Source: the human T2T-CHM13v2.0 reference genome, Homo sapiens
DNA: 64,000 bases
Assembly: GCF_009914755.1 (NCBI RefSeq)
Contig: NC_060938.1
Direction: 5' to 3' (one strand)
The notes under the pieces were generated by a model, which was not told the origin of the DNA, searched no databases, and was given only the letters and a program-made list of their open reading frames with translations. Below are positions 1-13,926 of the stretch, piece after piece. Position 1 is the first letter of the stretch; each line of letters starts with the position of its first letter. The position numbers and the translations under genes are program-made.

Positions 1-1365
1 GGAATTGCTCATAAGAGAACCAAGAACTTTGCTGTATCAGCCAAGAATGAGACTCCCTTGGATGAATCCATAAATGTCAGGTCCAGAAAGGAAATGTAGG
101 TTTCCCTTTTTTAAACAGTACAAAAGGCCAAGAAGCTTTAGAACTAAACAAACCAGGCCTGACCTCATAACAGTGTACTAAAAGCAAAGTCACAGATGTT
201 TACATCTAGTCCAAATCAAGCCTAATATTAGAACTGAAACAAATAATTGTCTCAGCCAGATTTCAGGTTCCAAAAGGGGAGCAGACAACCCCTGAAAGGA
301 GAACCATCATTTGCAGCTGCTAAGTGCTAAGCACTGTGACAGGCTTCTTGCATATGTTAGGACACTTAGTCCAGAGAGCAGCTGAATCTGTATCCCATAG
401 AAAGCCATGGAATCTGGGGGCAGATTGAGAGCAAGGAGTGGGGGCTGAGACTGAGTCCAAAGGGCAGTTATATGCTCACTACTGTGAGCAATTACCTCTG
501 AAGCCAGACGTTTGACAACAGTTGATCACAGGTCACTGGCCAGAAGTTACATGTACTGCAGCAAAGGTTTCTACCTCTTAGGACTCTAGCCTGGGGTCTC
601 TAACCATGACTATGCCTCCCTTCAATAAAAAATTTATGACTGTTAACCCCCAATAGATGCATATTTTAAATTACATACATGAACTACTATTCTACTATAT
701 TATGGTAATTATAAAGCATATATGAAACATGTAAGTTAGAAAACAATTATATTTTAAATTTTAAATTGAAATTTTAATATTTTATTCTCCTAACCCAATG
801 GATCAGGCAGTGTATCACATTTAGAGACTAGCTTTTTTGGCCTTTCTCTTCCAGAACACTCCCGATGGGCACGTTCTGCTTCATGGGTCCCCAAGTCTAG
901 GAAGAACTGACAGAAGTGGAATAGGTCTGCACATTTGGCCTTTACAGCTGAACCCATATTCAGTTTCTCACAATAATCAAACTTGAGAAGAAAGAGAGCC
1001 ACTTCTTTGATCATTAGTAGACAGGCTCTTGCCAAGAGTGGTACAAATTGTTCTTGCATACAGATAGGAAAAGGAACGTCAGAGAGACATGTATCTTCAA
1101 ATTCAGCTTGGCCAATAATCACATCTCTTTCTCATCTAACCCCACTTCAACCAAAGTCAAAAATTAAACTGGAAAGATCTGAACATGTTCTTTTTTCTTC
1201 TTTTGCCTGACTGTAGTGATTCTGTGATGTCAGGCAAAGCATCCAATTTCTGCAGGCCCCATTTTTTCGTGTAAACATTGGCATCAGCTTTGAGAATGAC
1301 TAAGGATTCTTGTGGACATAAAAATCTAAAGTTCTAAAGAAAATTCCTAAGTCAATTTTCCTAAT

Positions 1366-1670
1366 ATGGCATTTATATACTATGGTATATTATGCAGCTA
1401 TAAAACTAACACAGGAACAGAAAACAAAATACCACATGTCACTTTTAAGTGGGAGCTAAATGACAAGAATCATGGAGACAAAGAAGGGAACAACAGACAA
1501 TGGGGTCTAGTTGAGGCTGGAAGGTGGGAGAAGGGAGAGGAACAGAAAAAATAACTATTGGGTAATAGGCTTAGTACCTAGGTGATAAAACAATCTGTGT
1601 AACAAACCCCTGTGGCACAAGTTTACCTATATAACAAACATGCATGAACCTCAAATAAAAGTTAAAAAAA
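1366..1670 (+). mobile_element. L1 3' end (old L1PA/L1PREC-like)
   Basis: aaataccacatgtcacttttaagtgggagctaaatga...aactattgggtaataggcttagtacctaggtga...aataaaagttaaaaaaa. Confidence 0.85.
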
Positions 1671-1721
1671 TTAATAGGAACAGATTTCAGAACTAAAAAC
1701 AAAAAAAAAAAAACATAAAAA

Positions 1722-2056
1722 GAATATTATGCTGCTATAGAAAAGAATGAACATGGATGGAGGCCATTATTCTAAGTGAAGTAACTCAGAAACAGAACAT
1801 CAAATACAGAATGTTCTCACTTATAAGTGAGAGCTAAACAATGGGTACACATGGACATAGAGATGGAAATGACAGATACCGGGGACTCTAAAAGGCAGCA
1901 GGGTGGAAAGGAATGAGGATTTAAAAATTACCTATCCAATACAATGTTCACTATTTGAATGATGGGTTCACTAGAAACCCAAGCTCCAACAGTGTGCAAT
2001 ATATCCATGTAACAAACCTGCACGTGTACCCTGTAAATCTAAGCTAAAAAAAAATA
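1722..2056 (+). mobile_element. L1PB-like 3' end
   Basis: ggaggccattattctaagtgaagtaactcagaaacag...gtaacaaacctgcacgtgtaccc + A tail. Confidence 0.85.
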
Positions 2057-2505
2057 ATTTTTTGAAAAGTTAATTTTTCTCACCCTGGTTTCTCTCTGTG
2101 TTCAAATGTTGGCTGTGATATAATGTGAAATGTGAATCATTAATTAAATGTACCAACCTAGAAAAAAAACATAAATATGTTTGGTTGACATTTACCACTT
2201 CTCCCATCCCTCATCTAACACTAATATATTAGAAGATGCAGATGTCTGATGGATTCCTAACTGAACCAGACCAAATGCATGAGGTACCTCTTTTGCAGAA
2301 CATAGGACTGAGTCTAGGTAAGACACCTTCTTCTCCTCTCTTTCTCTGCAAACACAGACAGAATCACACATGCACAGTACCCTTATATACACCTGCAAAC
2401 GTATATAGAGATCAAATAATGGCATAACCCTAAAGCGAGCAGGCATTATAAGCATCTCAAAGAGAACCTGGTGTAGACCATGTTAAATATTATAGGGATT
2501 TTTAA

Positions 2506-2850
<345 letters not shown>

Positions 2851-2954
2851 CAATTATAATAATATTGTCAAATACAATAAAATTGACAAGATATTTTATT
2901 TTTAAGAGGTTCTGGTGGACTGGGGTTTTAAAATAAGTTAATTTTTAGCTCACG

Positions 2955-3082
2955 GCAGAGCACTAAGCAGGGCACAGAGAAGAACGATTCCAGTCCCATC
3001 CTACCACTCACTAGCAGTGTGAATGTTTCCTCTAACAGTTATCCACGTGTTCCTTAGTTTTCTCACTGTAAGATGGGTATTC
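2955..3082 (+). mobile_element. MIR fragment
   Basis: ccagtcccatcctaccactcactagcagtgtga...ttagttttctcactgtaagatggg. Confidence 0.6.
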
Positions 3083-4379
3083 TTTTTTTAAAGCAAGACT
3101 GAGATCATTATTTCTCCTGGTGAAAACTGAAAAAAAAAAATCCAGCAATAGATGAATGATCAAATATTGTATGGTACTCAAGGCGACATTAAAATTATCT
3201 TTATAATAAGTGTATAAAAAATAAAATTCTTGTTACCATGTTAAATTAAAAAGGAGAACAAAATTATACCTAGATATTATAAAACGGGAGAAGTATTAAA
3301 AAACATGAATCCTGAAAATCAAAGGCATGATTTTCCCATTGTTTTTTTCCCCTTGGTTTCATGTTTTTTATAACTAATATGTATACATTTAGAGGAGGCA
3401 CATTCTCAAAAATCACGGATCCAAGAACACAGTTGACTCTGACCTGTCCACAAGATAGAAAGGATTCTGAACAGAGGTATAACCCACGTAATTACTGCTT
3501 GTGTGCATTAGCTAGAAAACAGACGAGGGCGGCTAATGCTTCCTTTCAGGAAGATGAAAACTTGGATCTCAAGGAATGAAGGCCAGGTATATTCTTGCTA
3601 TCTTGAAGCCATTTGCCGAGACCCTATATGCTTCTCAGAGCAGTATACTTGTTAAACTGATAAAAACGTCAAAATGCAGTGTAGCGTAAGGTCTACAACC
3701 TCGGCCACATTGGATCCACACAAAGTGGATGAAGAATAATTTGTGTGAAAAGGGTGGAGGTGAGACAGTATGAAAATCCTCAGAGAGGTTAACACTGAAA
3801 AACAAGAATCCAGTTTCCATTTTTCTCTGGAAAGCCCTCTTTCAGGAAATGTAGAATTGAAAACGGTGACAATGAGAAAAGGGCATCTGGGGAAAGCTTT
3901 GACATATTCAAGGTCTATTAAATGATCACTTGTTACTCCATTAAATGAACTCTTTCTTCAAGAGAAACACTCAGGTGCTTCACAATTTTAAGATAACCGC
4001 TTTCCACTGTAGGCCACAATGGAAGCATTTATAAATTGCTCATTTTGAAAGATTCTAAAAGTCTGAATACATTAGAGAAATGTGCATTTTCTTATTGGTA
4101 ATTGGTCCAATAGGTAGAATAAAATCTCCTGCTCCGTAACCTGATGGATTCCAAGGGAATTAAAAGACCACCCAGTAGCATCTTAGTGTGTGTGAATAAC
4201 AGCAAGTTTCTAAAAAAAAAAAAAAAAAAAAAAAAGCCAAAACAAGTACCAGCCACTATAATCCAGAGTGAACGTGTGAGCTCAAACCCAGAAAGTGAGC
4301 CCAGAGTTCAGGCAGTCTCAGCTCTTATAGAGGCGCAGCAGGAGTGGGATTATGCCCAATTCCCCCCACCCAGACACTT

Positions 4380-4490
4380 CATTTGTTCCACAAGGATGCT
4401 GTGATCAAAGCACTGGGAACAGAAAGGAGGTACCTACAACAGTCTCTACTCTCTAGAGGCTGACAGTCTATGGAAGTAAACAGAAAGCCA
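4380..4490 (-). mobile_element. L2 fragment
   Basis: gcactgggaacag...agtctctactctctagaggctgacagtcta resembles the L2 3' end in reverse. Confidence 0.45.
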
Positions 4491-4745
4491 ACTGACAAAG
4501 CCCAGCAATGCTAAGTGCTATTACAGAGATGACATGGGAGGCCAGAGGGGGCACATGCTCATGCTCAGAGCACGGTAACTACCTAGTAGTCTATTCTCTA
4601 TGGTATTGGACAGCTTGGCAACCTCACTGTGCTTGTGGCTAATAGTTTCTTCTGGAAAATTCTGCATATGGTTTAGCATGACTGGAACTGAGCTGGAAAT
4701 GTCAGTCATTCGTATTCTCTCTCCCTCCCTGTCTCTTCTTCATGG

Positions 4746-4880
4746 AAGCTGAGTACCTTCTATGTATCAGGCATTACATATGCACCTATAGTTCAGTTAC
4801 TCCTCAAAATACCCTGTGAGTTATTGCCATTTTATAGATGAGAAAACTGAGTTTCAAAGACATGACAGAGCTAGTACAGT
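4746..4880 (-). mobile_element. MIR, copy 1 of a local duplication
   Basis: ccattttatagatgagaaaactgag core. Confidence 0.8.
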
Positions 4881-4885
4881 TCTCA

Positions 4886-4888
<3 letters not shown>

Positions 4889-4922
<34 letters not shown>
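4889..4922. repeat. (TG)17 microsatellite
   Basis: Directly visible. Confidence 0.98.
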
Positions 4923-4927
<5 letters not shown>

Positions 4928-5575
4928 AAAGGAAGGGTAACAGGAAAGAGCTGGAGAAACAAGAACCTGATCTGGGCTGAGAAGCTGGGTCCACAGGCAT
5001 TTGTATCAGCCTCTCCCACTTCTGATGTTTGCTCAACAGTGAACTTGACTGACCTCAGAGAACGTTTTGTTTTATTTTGTTTTAATTTTTCTTTTGATCC
5101 AGTAAAGATAGGTGTAGGAAAATAACATCTCCCATTTCAGGGACAGGACTTCGATTGACTAACCCAGTTCTAACTCCCTGTGAAGCAGGATAAAGAGGCC
5201 TAAACACAAAGGGCTTCTGCACCCAATATACCCAGTATTGTGCAAATATTCATGACATTAGAGTGGAAATTTTCCAACTCTGAAATAGAACAGCAGTGTG
5301 ATGCCACCTAATATTCTAGCTTTGGGGAAAAACAATGTTGGAATCTAGGTAATCGAGAGTAGACTGGTTTAAAAATGGCGGGTCAGAATGACCTTGAGAT
5401 TCCTGTCAGGAGTGGGACACAGACTGGAGAGGATGCAAACCAGAGGGGAATGGGGAAAAAATGTAGGGAAGGAGAGGGAGAAAACCCCCAAGGCCAAGTC
5501 TGGGTTATCGTGTGATTTTGCTTCACATGACATGGGTCACGGATGCCTGTCATACATACATATTAACATGTTTTT

Positions 5576-5688
5576 TCTTTTTGCTGTTGTCTTATAAATG
5601 TCTTGAGTCTGTTCCTGAGAGGCAGACTTTACGATTAGATTATTTTTATTTCAATGGGTTTTTTGGGGGGTAAAGGTGGTGTATGGTC
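5576..5688 (-). mobile_element. Very short L1PB 3' end (5640-5688) with extra downstream sequence and A tail, bounded by TSDs
   Basis: ttatttttatttcaatgggttttttggggggtaaaggtggtgtatgg matches the L1PB terminus in reverse. TSD attaacatgttttt at 5562-5575 and 5689-5702. Confidence 0.75.
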
Positions 5689-5794
5689 ATTAACATGTTT
5701 TTAAAAAGCTACAGATGAACAATCTTTGTGTGGCAAGAACCATTAGTGGGATAGTGAGTATCCCACTAATGATGAGATAATAGTATTGCTCATA

Positions 5795-5951
5795 AAGCTG
5801 AATACCTTCCACATATCATGCATTACACACACATATACACAGTTCAGTTATTCTTCAAAATACCCTGTGAATTTAATGCAGGGATATAGATATTAATGCC
5901 ATTTTATAGATGAGAAAACTGAATTTCAAAGACATGAAGAGCTAGTACAGT
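5795..5951 (-). mobile_element. MIR, copy 2 of a local duplication
   Basis: Near-identical to 4746-4880. Confidence 0.8.
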
Positions 5952-6654
5952 CAGCGTTTTACCATAAGTCAGTCTTCTGCCTAACCTGTGTTCTTCTATA
6001 ACTGGGGTGGGAATTCTTCCAGGGAGCAACAGGTGCCTCTGACTATAGCTTACTGACAAAAGCCTCACTACCACAGAAAGGTGCACTAATTTCTCAAAGT
6101 GTTAACCTAGAAAATCACCCAAAGAATGCATCTATGTGGCTTAAAACAGTGCCTTCTTGGTAGGCTGCTGTTTAGGATGTCTGCCAGGTACACAGTGCCT
6201 TGCCAGCCACATGCCAGAAGGACAGCTGCCTTAGTTTGCAATCTCCCTAACCACCACTTGCTCTACCTTTGCAATTAGTCAAAACTAATCAAAACGAACA
6301 TAAGTGAGTGAGCTGTAAAACTCCTGTTCTTAACAGTGGGCTGTGTGGTGGGAGAGCACACAGATGGAGTTTCCTTTTTAAATGAAATATTTGGCACTAG
6401 CCTCTGTTAAGAGTTTTCCCTTGTTTCCATCTGGTTTTAGTATTGGAATGCATACATGAGAGAATGGAAAAAGAAAACTCTGTTGGCGTGCTAAACCACT
6501 AGAAAAGCTGAAGTCACTGACAGCACATCCTCTAAATCCTCCGAGATTAGCACACTCTGCTCAAGGAATGTTGTCACATTGTTTTTAAGGGAGGGGAGAG
6601 TTCTGTTCTCCAGATCTAGCCCTGTCTTGGAAAAAAAAAAAAAAATGACAAGTG

Positions 6655-6830
6655 TGTCTACTTTGGAGTCAGATGGACCCAGGCATGAGTCAGCACCCTC
6701 ATTACTTAGCCACCTGACCCTAGGCAGTGCAACTACCAGCATTAAGCCTCAGCTATTTCATCTGTAAAGTAGAAATAACAAGAGAAGGCTGTTGTGAGGA
6801 TTAAATGAGATGATACCTATTCAATGCTTA
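6655..6830 (+). mobile_element. MIR
   Basis: ctttggagtcagat...gcctcagctatttcatctgtaaagt...gttgtgaggattaaatgagat. Confidence 0.8.
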
Positions 6831-7292
6831 CTTATCTATTTTTGAACTTTCCTAATAGCAAGGTTTTAGGAAAGACAAATGTTATTATCACTGGTTTTCA
6901 CAGGAAGAGATCTAGAACCACCAAGGAAACTCTAAAAAAATTTCAGGCATCTATTTTTTCTACTACACAACAGAAGAAAACAAATTCATATTTGGCAGTG
7001 TCCCTGCCAGGAGTCTCTCCAAATTTCCCCAGGGAGTTCATTTGCTCTCTAAGAGTCAAATATATCTACTAACAGTGTCACTGTAATATGTGAATTTCTT
7101 AACACCCCAGTTGTTGGTATACAGGACTGTCACCACCCAGCCAAAACCAACCAAAGCCTAAACCTGTAGGAGACCAGAGTAATATCGAGACATGATTATC
7201 ACTAAAGCCGTATGAGAGGGTAAGAAAAGGCGTTTGGTTTGGCAAGTCTTTTCTCACACAATCCCTATGCCTACAAGAGAAGGAGAGCACAG

Positions 7293-7535
7293 CACAGTGG
7301 ATAAGGGAGTAGGCTCTAGAATCAAACCTGGGTTCAAGTCCTTGTTTTGTCACTCACTAGCTGAGGATCTTGGGCAGGCTAATTTGCCTCTACATGCTCA
7401 GTTTCCTCATCTACAAATAAGAACTATTATCTACCTCATAGCACTGCTGTAAGGATTAAAGGAGTTAACATGTGGAAAGGGTACAGAATATGTCTGAACT
7501 CAATAAATACCACAACTACTATTATTATTACTATT
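7293..7535 (+). mobile_element. MIR (near full length)
   Basis: ggctctagaatcaaacctgggttcaagtcc...ctcagtttcctcatctacaaa...ctcaataaat. Confidence 0.85.
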
Positions 7536-8164
7536 ACTGATCCCAAAGCAGGCTGATGCCACCCTGACTGTATGAGCACTGAAGAATGTGATGGGTGCAT
7601 GGCAGGTGCTGCCCTGCAGGTCATTTAAAATTATACCTGGTGGCCAAACCTACTGAACTAGAAAATGTTTCAGAGGAAAACCCTCTCCTTTTCACTTCAT
7701 GTAACCAATGGCTATTGTTTTACAAATGCTTTAATCAAATGTGTCTGTGCACATATCCTAGAAGAGCCAAATGCTCAATAAATGGTATAACAAAGGATAT
7801 TGCATATTTATAAAATTAAAAAGGATGTAAGAAAACTCACAATCAAGGCACTGAGAATAACTTTGTTTTTTTATTGCCTTGTCTTCTAGAGTTAAAGTTT
7901 TATAGCTGGATGTACACACCAAATCTCTATAATAAAGAGACAAAAGGCTTACCCTGATATATATTCCAATGTAGGAAAGTCTATTAATCAATAACCTCAG
8001 AAATGAGATAGAATGACACTGTGGAGGCCAAAAGCGTTCTACATCTCTATCAATTGTGAAGAGTCAGAAAGGAATCTACTATTTAAAACACGGTCCTCTC
8101 CACCACACCCCTCCCAAGTGAATTAGAAGAAATGAGGTGCTGTGGCAGTTGCACATGGCCATGG

Positions 8165-8320
8165 GTCAGGGACCAGGTGGATGTCTGACTCTGCCACTTC
8201 CAAAATGGTGACCCCGGCAGATCATGACCTCTGATGAACACTGGTTCCTTGATCTGTGAAATGAGGAACATACCACCCAATAAATAGGGATGCTGCAGGG
8301 ATTAACTGGAATTAAATAAT
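8165..8320 (+). mobile_element. MIR fragment
   Basis: gactctgccacttcc...gttccttgatctgtgaaatgagg. Confidence 0.6.
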
Positions 8321-8410
8321 ATAATATGCATAAGATGAATACTTTTAACTTTTATATAATTTTTAAAAATTTCTTAATTTCCGTAATATTCACTATTTAT
8401 ATAATAAAGA

Positions 8411-8431
8411 ATATATATATATATATATATA
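8411..8431. repeat. (AT)n microsatellite
   Basis: Directly visible. Confidence 0.95.
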
Positions 8432-10162
8432 AAATTATTGCAGTTGCTTTGCAGTTCCTTTTTCACTGCTAATACCTTTGTGTGCCTCTGACTTCAGTGT
8501 GAATTTCTTCGTTTTTCCTGGATAAAAACTCTTGAAAAGTCAACTTACCACTGCTGAATAAACCATTTCTACCAAGGTCAAATTTCATCTGTCTTGTCTC
8601 TTCCCTCTCTTCTAATATTTATAGACTTTGAGATGAGAGCCGGTCTGAATTAGAAAGTAGACAATTTCTTTCTACTTTCTACTTTTCTAATTCAGAAAGT
8701 CTGAATTAGAAAGAGAGAAACAGAGTTTCTCTCCTATGCCAGATCACTGACAATTAAATTTGGTTACCCTAATTCCAGTAACAACCTGTAAAGAATTTTC
8801 TCAAACCCTCATAAATGTGTAAGTGTTGATATTAACTACCTGGATTCTTCTCTACATGACATACATGAAATAAGAATGAAATTTGGTATAAAACTTCCAT
8901 GGGGGTTCAGATCCCTAGAATCTCAGAACCCAAATAAACCTGAATCTTACTACTCTGAATTTTTCAACTGAATAAACTAAAGCCCAGAAAAATCAGATGT
9001 TTGACCATGGCCAGACAACAAGAAAGAAATTAAAGAAGTTTTTAATAAAATTGAGTATCAAAAATATATCATTATGTCAGATATCCCAATAAGACAACCC
9101 AGAGCATACCCCAGGAAAACAGTAAAACTTCTCAACCTTATCTTCAGAAGTTCTTGCACAACACTTTCAAAATACAGATTAGCTTCCCCACCAGCCCCCC
9201 GTGCTGCATTAGAACCAGGCCATCTGTACTTTGAGAAATTCTAGAGGGTTTTATAAGGAACACCTAGGGCTGCCAATCACTGAAATAAAGGGCAGTATTG
9301 GCAGGTTCTACGCTCCTAATACATGTCATTACCTTCCATGGGTATCTATTTACATAAATTATTTCATCAAAAAGCATTCAGAACTTTTTCCTAAAGAAAA
9401 TTTTGCTCTCCCTACAAATCTAAAACCATTTTGAAAAGATTAAGATTTTCTGTTTCAACAAAACATGTAAAAGAATGTACTAATCACAAAAATTAAAGCT
9501 CCCACATGCTCCTTCTCTGGGGATGAGTAGCAGCCAAGGGAAGATTTTCACCCACTTATGGATATAAAGAGTAGCATCATATATTACACACACATAATTA
9601 AAACAGGATCCAGAAAATAGATTTTAAACATGAAATTACAGAATGTTTGGTAGGTAACTGATGTCTAATAACAAACTGATTTTAACTTAGCATGTTTCTA
9701 GTTTAGCTTTATAGACCCATATTACCATGGACAACTGACTATAGACATTGTTGTGGGTAGGGCTTGCTTTACACTTTGAATGTGTTAACAGTTCTAAGTT
9801 AGAAATAAAGTCTACACTATAATCAGGTATGTAGTAAACAAAAAACTCAAATACATTTTCCATTAAGCATCTATTGTCCCTATTGAGCAATGTGCTGGGT
9901 GCTATAAGGAATTTATCATATTAGCTCCAGTCTTTGAGCAACCTAATCCACATGAGTGAGCAAGAATGAAAAGATAGCACAAAATAAAGATTTTGTATGT
10001 AGACAGACCAGACACAAGCACAGGTTTAGATGATACACAGCTGCTTCTATCAGAGTGTTCAAAAAGGCCACTGGAATAACCTCTCATGCCTATAAAGGAG
10101 AGGATTAGTTTCCACCCACCTTAGGAGGTGCATGGAGATAATGAGGTTAATCTTTCCCACTA

Positions 10163-11140
<978 letters not shown>

Positions 11141-11888
11141 AAAGAAAAAGCAGAAACCAATGCTTTAAGAATGTTAATCACAGAGGCATCTCAGTACATA
11201 AGCACTTGTATATATCATTCAAGAAGTCAATCAATCTGTGATTCCAGTGAGAAACACTCAAATCCTATCCCAAGACACCATAATGAACTGGAGAGATTAT
11301 TTTTCTCCTTATAGAATTAAACCTAAATAACCCAAGAAAGATCATCTTATTTATCCCACTCCAGCACCTTTTTCGGATACCTCCAGAGGATATTTAAACC
11401 GCTCTGAAAATAGTAAGTCTTATGATCACAGACCTCTAACTCTGATCATAAAATGTACTAGATATTGGGAAAAAAATCACACAAAGAAAAGTTAGTAAGA
11501 GACATTGGATATATATGAAACACCCATGTCTAGATGCATATTTTGGCAAGCTTTTAAAGTAGTGATACTTCTCCCTTTTTTAAAATTTGATGCTTCATGC
11601 TGTTTCAAGAATGGTTAAAAATTATTTGCAGACATTGTCCTAATTTGGACAAAGTTTGCCAGTTCAAAATGAATAGCTGGTTTTCATCAACCAAACCACA
11701 ATAGTTGAAGGGCCTGGCCTCCCAGAAGGTGTAGGCAGTTCACACTAATAGCAGGAAGAATATTTTCATTCCAGGGCTCAGCTTTCACTTCACAGACTCC
11801 TATGAGAGCTGAGCTACAAAGAGGTCCTAGACTGAATAGGAGAATAGGAGAAATTCAAAATCCTGCTTAGTTTTTTAATGAACCTGCC

Positions 11889-12190
11889 ATTCCCTCTGCC
11901 TGGAATGCCCTCTCACCCACACAATCCTCTTTTCAAAACCAGTGAAGCCCTACTTTTCTCAAAACTCTTGGTTCTCCAAACCAGGCCAAATTCTCTGCAT
12001 ACATGCTTTCACATCATTGTATTTTTTTTAATCTTTCACAGTTTATAACTATGTTTATTTTAGTGATGGATTAATGTCTATTGCTACTTGCCCACCAAAT
12101 TAGGTAAGATGCATGAATTCTTTTCATAGCGGTACCCACGGAACATAGAATGCTTGGCACAGAAAAATTCTTAATAAATATTTGACTAAT
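11889..12190 (+). mobile_element. L2 3' fragment
   Basis: ttccctctgcctggaatgccct...tgcttggcacag...aataaatatttg. Confidence 0.7.
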
Positions 12191-12962
12191 TAATTGCTAA
12201 TTAAAACATTACCTTATCAGGGATGTAACTGATATGCCTCTAAGCTTTGCACAAGTTAAAAAATAAGGGTGGCTGCTTCTTTGTCACTTACAAGAAACAT
12301 CAAACTGCAAAAATCTTGGGTGTCAAAGTTGCCTGCCCTTCTCCTGCCCCCATTTCCACTACACTGTCTGCTTAAATGTCAGATCTACTTTATCAATCTA
12401 TCCTCTCAAGATTCAAAACCATGAAAAGACTGAAGAACAAAAGATTTTCCTCCATTAGAATGCAACAAAAAAGCAATTGTCATAGTTTTGGACTTTAAAC
12501 CTGAAGGTCTTGGTAATTTGCAAAGGAAATACAGTTATTCCGTAAGTCCCAGGTCATTATCTTCTATGGCAGGGGAAATGAAATGGTTATGCTATTTCAC
12601 TGAGATGAGGCTGTTAGAGTCCCTATATCACTCTTGCAGGCTTCATGATCAAAATTAGGCAGACAACAGTATATGCCTAAAATGCAAACAACTATTCTTC
12701 AATTATACATAGGTACTAGGCAAAATTCAAGTAGCTTCTAGACCGTCTACCTTTCTTTCAACTACTCATCTATAAGAAATGTCAATGAAATATTGAGAAA
12801 ATAGAGCTTAACAAAATTAGAATCACTAGGTATCCATACTAGGCCGATGTTCAGCTCAGCTCAAATGCAAATCAGTCTTTATTTAAGTGTATTCTATTCA
12901 TTGTTTGCGTAAGCAGAACTGTGGAATCTAAATTTAAGAATATGAAAATATTTTTAAGACCT

Positions 12963-13372
12963 GGGCTGGGTGTGATAGCTCATGCCTGTAATCCCAGCAC
13001 TTTTGGAGGCCAAGGGGAAATGACTGTTTGAAGACCAGCCTGGGCAACATAACAAGACCCCATTGCTACAAAAACTACAAAAATGGTGGTTTATCCCTGT
13101 AATCCCAGCACTTTGGGAGACCTAAGTAGGAGGATTGCTTGAGCCCAGGAGTTCGAGACCAGCCTAGGCAACAGAGTGAGAACTCATCTTTACAAAAAAA
13201 TACAAACATCAGCTGGGCATGGTGTTGTGTGCCTGCAGTCCCAGCTCTTGGGAGGCTGAGGCAGGAGGATCGATTGAACCCAAGGAGGTCAAGGCTACAG
13301 TGAGCCATGGTTGTGCTACTACACTCCAGCCTGGGCAACAGAGTGAGACCCTGTCTCAAAACAAAACAAAAC
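12963..13372 (+). mobile_element. Alu left monomer (12963-13083) fused to AluJ (13084-13372)
   Basis: Three consecutive Alu arms; J-type ggattgcttgagcccaggagttcgag and gagaccctgtctc. Confidence 0.9.
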
Positions 13373-13607
13373 ACACTTGAATTTCATTAACAAAATTCTA
13401 GGAAAGTATTAGGTGAGGCTACTTCTTTCTTCCACTTAGTCACTAGATATTAATTGAGGCCCTAGAATATGCCCGGCACTGCTTAGCGCACTAAAGAAAT
13501 ACAAATATCTTCTGACAATAACCCAATTTTTTTATTAACCTAATCCTTATTTGGAATAAACAGAAACCAATGTTTCAAGGTCAATTCTCTCACACTTATT
13601 TAAATAA

Positions 13608-13926
<319 letters not shown>

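Noticed and set aside
560-790. Possible old DNA-transposon remnant
   Set aside because: Too degenerate to assign by eye.
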